Part shown: positions 29,783 through 36,185 of the stretch, piece after piece
Numbering within the stretch: position 1 is the first letter of the stretch
How the letters are laid out: the number at the start of each line of letters is the position of its first letter
UHGV virus genome: UHGV-0335474
DNA: 36,185 nucleotides
Reading direction: 5' to 3' (one strand)
Source: a virus
Program-made: the position numbers and the translations under genes
The notes under the pieces: generated by a model
The model's database searches: none
What the model saw: only the letters and a program-made list of their open reading frames with translations
What the model was told of the DNA's origin: nothing

Positions 29783-30267
29783 TGTTTGCCTCCTTTGCGA
29801 AGCTGGCCGGCGAACAAACGTACACTAGACGCTTCACTGCGTAGAAACTTAACGGCATAATCAAAACCACCTCGTTCTGCGTCGTCTGCTGCGTTGTCGA
29901 GGTTATCTGCGTACATCTCCACGCCCTGCGCCCGTACTTCAGCCAGAAAAGCATCGGTGGCTGGGGTTTCAGGTATCTGTCTCCTCATCCGTTCTATTGC
30001 ATGATTGAATCCGAAGTCTTCAGCAAGAGATACGTCATCCATATTGTCATTGTCAGCATCAATATCCCGTAGTTGAGGAATTGCAGACTTTATTCCCGCA
30101 TTCTCCACCGCCAGTGCCGCGCACTTGGCCTCAGCTTCAGCAAATTTACGCACCAGATATTCAGCATTTGTTTCGTTAACCTTTAAATCTCGTGGGATGC
30201 ATTTACCTTTCAGAAAACCATCCATCTCAATTAGTGACATTTGTTTCATTTCTTCCCACTCCGCCAC
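29779..30267 (-). CDS. Hypothetical early-left operon protein
   Basis: 162 aa, acidic; overlapping stop/start with the downstream gene. Confidence 0.5.
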   Translation of the reverse strand: MAEWEEMKQMSLIEMDGFLKGKCIPRDLKVNETNAEYLVRKFAEAEAKCAALAVENAGIKSAIPQLRDIDADNDNMDDVSLAEDFGFNHAIERMRRQIPETPATDAFLAEVRAQGVEMYADNLDNAADDAERGGFDYAVKFLRSEASSVRLFAGQLRKGGKQ

Positions 30268-30406
30268 ATCGCATTCAGATATTTGTTTTGATTCACTGAT
30301 GGAAAAGAATTTCTCTTAAGCAATTCCTCTCTCGATGGCATTGGCTTTACGCGTTGGCGAATAATCATTTCTGCCGGAAGAATGCCGGGATTGTATGCAA
30401 GTCCTC

Positions 30407-30697
30407 TCATGATTTACTCTCCACGAACTGGTCAATAGCCATGCTAAGTGACACACCTAAAGTTTCGATATGCTGCTGAATATCCTGTAGCGTCTGCGCC
30501 TGAGATAACAGAATTTCACGGTTTAATAACTCTTTAACCAGATGCTCAAACTTGCTGTAATAACCGATACGGCTTAGTGTTTCTTTCCCTGCATTCTCAC
30601 CTTCTTTGATAATTCCTCTTTCGCTAAGAATCAGGTCGTGTTTGGTTCCGGTAATAACGTATTTTCCGAGGTCGATGTTCAGCTTCATTGTTTTCAT
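30407..30697 (-). CDS. Hypothetical protein
   Basis: Start at MKTMKLNID after a GAGGAG SD; the track ORF from 30838 overlaps the upstream gene. Confidence 0.45.
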   Translation of the reverse strand: MKTMKLNIDLGKYVITGTKHDLILSERGIIKEGENAGKETLSRIGYYSKFEHLVKELLNREILLSQAQTLQDIQQHIETLGVSLSMAIDQFVESKS

Positions 30698-30707
30698 TGT
30701 TAACTCC

Positions 30708-31004
30708 TCAGTCATTACTGATAGCGCCATAGCGTGAGCGGTAATTACGCAGCCGCGGGTCGATATATTCAGGGAAGTGGGTATATGTGGCTTTGCGGAA
30801 TGGTCGGATTGATGTTTCGTTTGTTCGGTCCTTCTCATCTTTTAACGCGAGTTGTATATCGCGTCGGTACATCCGTTCTGCTTTTGTTTCTGGTGGCAGA
30901 TCGATAAACGTGTCGAAAATGTTTTTGATATTTTCCAGCACCTCCGCCTTGGAGCTACCGGAGCAATTGCGCGGGTCATCCGCACCATACAGAGGCGCTG
31001 GCAT
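30708..31004 (-). CDS. Hypothetical protein
   Basis: 98-aa ORF in the operon series. Confidence 0.4.
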   Translation of the reverse strand: MPAPLYGADDPRNCSGSSKAEVLENIKNIFDTFIDLPPETKAERMYRRDIQLALKDEKDRTNETSIRPFRKATYTHFPEYIDPRLRNYRSRYGAISND

Positions 31005-31027
31005 AATGGGAGCCTTATTTTCAGTAA

Positions 31028-31615
31028 TCAGAAAGCAGGGTAATCGTTCTGGCTGTAACCATAATCATCTGCATGATTCTGGCTTACGTTTTTAGAGCGA
31101 TTGTCTTTATCTTTGAGATTGGCAACCATGTTGGCGATAGTTTCTGGTTGCTTGCCTTCTGCCTTTTCTTTAAGGGTTTGACCTGTTTGTGCAATAAACG
31201 GGATGCGTATTTCCATCTGGTAGTTGTCTGCGCCAGTCTTTTTGTTTGTGGTTAATACTTTCTGGAGCACTAACCCGATTTTCTTTCCATGAAATTCAGG
31301 TGCAACAAATTTACTGGCGGAAACCATATGCTGCGTTAATTGTCCAATCCCGGCACACCCCATCATGGCGTGAACGACATTTGCGCCAAATTTGTTTTCC
31401 GTTCCGTCATTTTTCTGAACACAGACGCTAAGATATTGGATTTTACGTCCGTCGTCGGATTCTCCAGAAAACTCAATAAATTTGGCTCCTTTTTCTGATT
31501 GCTTTAGTTCTGCTTCAGTAATGGTAATGATATGGGCGCCAGTTTCGTTAATAAAACCACCTTGCCCTGCGGTCAGTGCTGCTTCTTCGTTATAAGTAAA
31601 AATCACGTTGCTCAT
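31028..31615 (-). CDS. Hypothetical protein, possible ssDNA-binding partner of the Sak4-like ATPase
   Basis: 195 aa, translationally coupled to the upstream ATPase; acidic aromatic C-terminal tail (DDYGYSQNDYPAF) reminiscent of SSB tails. Confidence 0.4.
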   Translation of the reverse strand: MSNVIFTYNEEAALTAGQGGFINETGAHIITITEAELKQSEKGAKFIEFSGESDDGRKIQYLSVCVQKNDGTENKFGANVVHAMMGCAGIGQLTQHMVSASKFVAPEFHGKKIGLVLQKVLTTNKKTGADNYQMEIRIPFIAQTGQTLKEKAEGKQPETIANMVANLKDKDNRSKNVSQNHADDYGYSQNDYPAF

Positions 31616-32292
31616 GCGGCGTTTTCCTTAATTTGATGAACATTATTGATGCCGTAGTAATCACAAACAGTGGCATCGACGAAAGAGAGATCGTTATCAA
31701 TCTCATTGGAATCAAACATTCCCATTGGGGATTTGACAGTGTCTGCACCGTTGTTTTTCGTGGTGAAAAAGAACTGGTCATCGCGGGTAAGAGTGCGAAG
31801 AACTATAGTAAACATGCCTTCGACAGTGATTTTCTCGTCCAGCATTTTGCCGATAGTTTTCATTTTCACGCGCCCCATAGGGGTTTCTTCGGTATGTGCA
31901 AGAAAATAGACTCTCAGGTCATCAGGTGCATCCTGTGCAGCCTTAATCACCTCCCATGCGTGGCGGCCTATCTCAGTAAATTTATCAAACGATTTTTCTT
32001 CTGAGCGGCGCATAAACTCATTGCTCATCACATACTGGAAGTCATCAACAATAACGATTCTTTTTCCGTATTCGTGAGCACGCTTAATTACAGCAACTAT
32101 TACGTCCCATTTGTCAGTGGTAACTACGGTTCCTTTTTTTGCTCTGGCATCCCATGCAAGCCAGTCTTTTGATTTAAATGGTAGCGGCTTGCCTATTGGT
32201 TTTATAAGTATTGCTTCCTCTGGATTGATATTTCTCATGCTGGTTGATTTTCCGGTGCCAGATTCACCGAGTATTAATGTCGCAGTTCCCAT
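31612..32292 (-). CDS. Sak4-like RecA-fold ATPase (recombination / single-strand annealing)
   Basis: 226 aa; N-terminal Walker A GESGTGKST and Walker B-like IVIVDDF. Occupies the position of lambda Red genes. Confidence 0.6.
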   Translation of the reverse strand: MGTATLILGESGTGKSTSMRNINPEEAILIKPIGKPLPFKSKDWLAWDARAKKGTVVTTDKWDVIVAVIKRAHEYGKRIVIVDDFQYVMSNEFMRRSEEKSFDKFTEIGRHAWEVIKAAQDAPDDLRVYFLAHTEETPMGRVKMKTIGKMLDEKITVEGMFTIVLRTLTRDDQFFFTTKNNGADTVKSPMGMFDSNEIDNDLSFVDATVCDYYGINNVHQIKENAA

Positions 32293-32300
32293 AATTTGCC

Positions 32301-32501
32301 TCAGAATGGTAATTCGGATGGGCAGGAAAGAAATTCGCGCTCATTCATGCGCTCTCTTTGCGCCTGCCATAAACAAAGTTGTTTCTTTGATTTATCTCCC
32401 GCTTTACGCCAGTAACGAGCCTCAGCAATGTGATATTCTCTTTTTAATCGACTTAACTCTGGAGTTTTCGCCAGTTCTACCGGAATCATTTTGACCTCCA
32501 T
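32301..32501 (-). CDS. Hypothetical protein
   Basis: 66-aa basic ORF between kil and the ATPase. Confidence 0.4.
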   Translation of the reverse strand: MEVKMIPVELAKTPELSRLKREYHIAEARYWRKAGDKSKKQLCLWQAQRERMNEREFLSCPSELPF

Positions 32502-32599
32502 TTTCTGTAGGCTTCTACGGCTTCACGAAACATCTTTTCATCGCCAATAAAAGTGGCGATAGTGAATTTAGTCTGGATAGCCATAAGTGTTTTATCCAT
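32486..32599 (-). CDS. kil: Kil-like protein (host killing / FtsZ inhibition)
   Basis: MDKTLMAIQTKFTIATFIGDEKMFREAVEAYRKWRSK matches the lambda Kil N-terminus as recalled; overlaps the cIII 3' end as in lambda. Confidence 0.6.
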   Translation of the reverse strand: MDKTLMAIQTKFTIATFIGDEKMFREAVEAYRKWRSK

Positions 32600-32732
32600 T
32601 TTTGGGAACTCCTGGCTGATTAAGTATGTCGATAAGGCGTTTCCATCCATCACGTAATTTACGTGTGATTCGTTCAAGTAAAGATTCGGAAGGGCAGCCA
32701 GCAACAGGCCACCCTGCAATGGCATATTGCAT
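32592..32732 (-). CDS. cIII: CIII (FtsH inhibitor protecting CII)
   Basis: MQYAIAGWPVAGCPSESLLERITRKLRDGWKRLIDILNQPGVPKNG, essentially lambda CIII; AAGGAG SD upstream. Confidence 0.8.
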   Translation of the reverse strand: MQYAIAGWPVAGCPSESLLERITRKLRDGWKRLIDILNQPGVPKNG

Positions 32733-32793
32733 GGTGTGCTCCTTATTTATACATAACGAAAAACGCCTCGAGTGAAGCGTTATTGGTATGCAT

Positions 32794-32818
32794 ATAAAAA
32801 AGCCCTCACACTGGAGGG
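32794..32818 (-). terminator. Rho-independent terminator within the pL operon (tL-like)
   Basis: Minus strand reads CCCTCCAGTGTGAGGG followed by CTTTTTTAT. Confidence 0.6.
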
Positions 32819-32969
32819 CAAAGAAGATTTCCAATAATCAGAACAAGTCGGCTCCTGTTTAGTTACGAGCGACATTGCTCCGTGTATTCACTCGTTGGAA
32901 TGAATACACAGTGCAGTGTTTATTCGTATGCCTGTCTTTTAACCACATCAGGCTCGGTGGTTCCTTCAC

Positions 32970-33016
32970 TTTCCACAGTCAAAGGAAATGGGTAGACTGT
33001 TGTTTCCACAGTCAAA
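32970..33016 (+). repeat. Direct repeats TTTCCACAGTCAAA (x2) overlapping a putative promoter
   Basis: Copies at 32970-32983 and 33003-33016; candidate -35 TTCCAC (32971-76) and -10 TAGACT (32993-98) upstream of the + strand gene at 33030. Confidence 0.45.
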
Positions 33017-33029
33017 AGAAGGAAATGCT

Positions 33030-33212
33030 ATGTCTAGCAACAATGTAGATGTAACTTTGTACCCAGTTCATGCCGCCTATCAGGTCGCACTTGAGCTTGC
33101 AAAGGCTGGGGCATTCAACAACTCAAGCGATCGCGGAACTGCTTTCATTAATGCCTTTGACAAGTTGAAAGAAAGGTTTGAGCAAGTTCAGGAAGAATCT
33201 AACAACAAGTAA
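33030..33212 (+). CDS. Small hypothetical protein transcribed against the pL operon
   Basis: 60 aa after an AAGGA SD; the track ORF from 32988 would translate through the second repeat. Confidence 0.4.
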   Translation: MSSNNVDVTLYPVHAAYQVALELAKAGAFNNSSDRGTAFINAFDKLKERFEQVQEESNNK

Positions 33213-33498
33213 GCTTTGCAAAGCCAGCGATAATGTTGCTGGCTAACATCTCAAACCGTTTTTTCTGAATATCTCTTGATTCTTCATCAATTGGGGGTTC
33301 ACTATTGCTTAGTGCCGTTACATATACGCGAATTGCCGCTGACCGGACATCATCAGGAAGATGTTCAAGTGTACTGGCTCTTGTTTGAATAAGTTCTGCA
33401 ATAGTTGCTTTCTTAATATCTTCAGTTTTTTCATCAATTACTGATATAAAATTTTTTACTGATGCTTCCAAGGAGCTTTCTAATTTACTTAAATCCAT
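33199..33498 (-). CDS. Hypothetical acidic protein immediately downstream of N
   Basis: Start at MDLSKLE, 2 nt after the N stop; the track ORF from 33567 overlaps N. Confidence 0.45.
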   Translation of the reverse strand: MDLSKLESSLEASVKNFISVIDEKTEDIKKATIAELIQTRASTLEHLPDDVRSAAIRVYVTALSNSEPPIDEESRDIQKKRFEMLASNIIAGFAKLTCC

Positions 33499-33500
33499 AA

Positions 33501-33884
33501 TTACCTCGCTGTCAGTTGTTTTGATTTCCGATAGCCTGCCGCGTAAAGAGCTACATTTGGAAGACATACACCAGTTTCTGGTTGCTTATGTCCAAACTCA
33601 TTCGCGTACACAACGGCCGCTCGCTCCAGATTGCGTCTGTATTCTTTCTGTTGCCAGATCACGTCCTGTGCCATGAACTTAATTGGCTTAGCGTCTTCTA
33701 TGCGCTCAGGCGTTTCGTGAGTACCTTTAGCCTGAATCTGCGCTCTGCTTAGAGTAGGGCGGTGTAATACTTCTGAACTTATTGCTTCTTCGCGGGCCAG
33801 TACGCCGTTAGCTAATGCCTTTGCCTTTAAATGCTCACGACGACGAGAACGTGAATTGCCTTTGAACTGAGTTCTGCGTGTCAT
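33501..33884 (-). CDS. N: Antitermination protein N (P22 gene 24-like)
   Basis: 127 aa with an N-terminal Arg-rich motif (GNSRSRRREHLKAKA); the C-terminus ...VALYAAGYRKSKQLTAR matches the P22 gp24 end as recalled. First gene downstream of pL. Confidence 0.75.
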   Translation of the reverse strand: MTRRTQFKGNSRSRRREHLKAKALANGVLAREEAISSEVLHRPTLSRAQIQAKGTHETPERIEDAKPIKFMAQDVIWQQKEYRRNLERAAVVYANEFGHKQPETGVCLPNVALYAAGYRKSKQLTAR

Positions 33885-34049
33885 ATAGACCTCCTGATGA
33901 ACTTTGGTGGTGTGGTAGGTGGGAGACCCATTTCGACCTGTTTCGGCCTACTTCAATTCGGCAATAGTCCTGCAGGCCTCGCCGCTTTACGTGCGACATA
34001 TTCCCGTCCATGAACCCTTCACCACACCCCAAAGTTCACTTTGGTTATT

Positions 34050-34064
34050 GCGCTTTGTCAGCGC
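34050..34064 (-). promoter_or_regulatory. nutL boxB (P22-type GCGCTGACAAAGCGC hairpin)
   Basis: Minus strand reads GCGCT-GACAA-AGCGC between pL and N. Confidence 0.6.
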
Positions 34065-34132
34065 CGTAGATTCATATTCGAATCGTTGTATATTCACCGC
34101 CCTGGTGAGTAGTGCGTCCTGCTGATGTGTTT

Positions 34133-34195
34133 AGTATCACCGCCAGTGGTATTTATGTCAACACCGCCAGAGATAATTTATCACCGCAGATGGTT
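34133..34195 (-). promoter_or_regulatory. Lambda-type OL1-OL2-OL3 operators with pL promoter
   Basis: TATCACCGCCAGTGGTA (34135-51), CAACACCGCCAGAGATA (34159-75), TATCACCGCAGATGGTT (34179-95); minus-strand -35 TTGACA and -10 GATACT. Matches the lambda OL region as I recall it. Confidence 0.85.
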
Positions 34196-34352
34196 ATCTG
34201 TATGTTTTTTATATAGATTTATTTTTTTGCAGGGGTGTGTGGCTTGGGAGGTGATCGAGAGATCTGAATTGCGATGTTTAGTGAGTTGTATCTATTAATT
34301 TTCAAATAAATACAATTGGTTATGTGTTATTGGGTGAAGGGGATCGTGAGGC

Positions 34353-34378
34353 AAAGAAAACCCGGCACTGGGGCCGGG
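34353..34378 (-). terminator. timm-like rho-independent terminator at the end of the cI operon
   Basis: Minus strand reads a CCCGGC...GCCGGG hairpin followed by TTTTCTTTG; homologous to the lambda terminator downstream of rexB. Confidence 0.65.
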
Positions 34379-34387
34379 TTGGTTGAT

Positions 34388-35409
34388 TTATAGTTTAACC
34401 ACCATCCTATCAATGGCTTCTAAGCAAGATTGTTTATATGGGGCATTAACTTTTACCCTTCTGTTCATAACTCGTACACTACCTGTTGGTAGGATCGAAA
34501 ATGGACATCCTTTAGCAAAGGCAACAACACCAGTTGTCTGAAAATCTTTAATATTTACCACTCCCTCTTCAATATTTTCGAAGTCGAAAATTTCAGGGTT
34601 ACTTAGTAATAGTTGCTGAATATCATTATCGATTGATTTTAGAACTGCGGCATAGGCTGATGCAGGCCCCATATACTGTGTAAGACGGTTTTTTGCGATC
34701 ATATGAACTTTGGGTAGTGGTCTGCTCACCGCGGTAAGTTTGTTTGCAAATGCGTAGGATGCATAAATATCAGATGGCAACTTTAATCCATAAATCAAAG
34801 AGAAAGCATTTTGAATGGCGCGACGAGAGGAATCATCAGCCATAACTGGCAAGATGAGCTTTTCTACAGCAGCTAATGCTATTTGAGTATAAATTGAAAA
34901 ACTAGGATTACAGTCAATAAATAAAACATCGTACTCATCATTTAGATCTTTAATAAGATCATTAATCCAATCAATGATGCTTACCCATGCATTTGTTCCT
35001 GGAATCTGCTGATTAGCAAGAGTGTTGATGGCGTTTGCTTGAAGCTCAAGAAGCGGGTCACCGCATACCAACGATATATTGGCTGGAATATGTTCGTTGA
35101 ATTTTTTTGGGTGTGTCAAATAATCGTGGGCATCAACAATGGGTTTTTGATAAGGCGTCGGGAGGCGCATTTGGAAGTAGCCACCCAAAGTACATCTATT
35201 ATTTATATCATGCCTAGTCAATAAGTTTATGCTTCCATTACCTATTAACCCCCCAAGAAAAAGCTCTGACAAGTTTGCCTGTGGGCACACATCAATAACC
35301 AACACGCGCTCAAGCGGGTGAATTTCTGCATATCTGCAAATAGCTTGAAATGACAGGCTTGTTTTCCCTGTTCCTCCCTTGTTGTTCCATATAGCATATT
35401 TCTTCATCA
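34388..35409 (-). CDS. ParA/MinD-superfamily ATPase with C-terminal extension, in the rexAB slot
   Basis: Deviant Walker A KGGTGKT, A' motif VLVIDVCPQAN, Walker B YDVLFIDCNPS. Start at MMKK (ATG 35409 or 35406) after an AGGAG SD; the track ORF from 35482 is an upstream extension. Confidence 0.7.
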
Positions 35410-35578
35410 TAAACTCCTGGTTAACGATGTCATTGCTGGTTAATGTTTTACCATTGGTAAAGTGGTGCACCAAGAGTGACACGGTAAACCAAATAGATCA
35501 AGACTTATGGTAAACGATTTACCAGTGGTGACATCGATAACCGAAAAAGACTGCATTTCTGCAGCCTGTTTCACACAA

Positions 35579-36185
<607 letters not shown>

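Overview
This window is most of a mosaic lambdoid temperate phage genome with a P22/Sf6-like podovirus morphogenesis module; all calls are from reading the sequence and recalled family knowledge, with no database search. Order, 5' to 3': lambda-type nin genes (ninE, F, G, H, I), a non-lambda Q-type antiterminator and putative late promoter, a phage-21-type lysis cassette (pinholin S, SAR endolysin R, Rz with embedded Rz1), then small and large terminase, portal, scaffold, coat, head-completion and ejection proteins with an HNH endonuclease inserted, an accessory island (membrane protein, HicB-like/HicA pair, ClpP-like protease coupled to mnt, arc-like, ant), tailspike, an attP-like region, integrase, and a minus-strand early-left operon (xis-like, Ea22-like, Sak4-like ATPase, kil, cIII, P22-gene-24-like N) ending at lambda OL/pL and a lambda-like cI 3' portion. 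The strongest candidates for an undescribed accessory system are (1) a ParA/MinD-like ATPase that exactly replaces rexAB between cI and the timm terminator, and (2) a ClpP-like serine protease translationally coupled to mnt. The cro/cII/O/P replication module is not in the window. No tRNA, rRNA or CRISPR array was seen.
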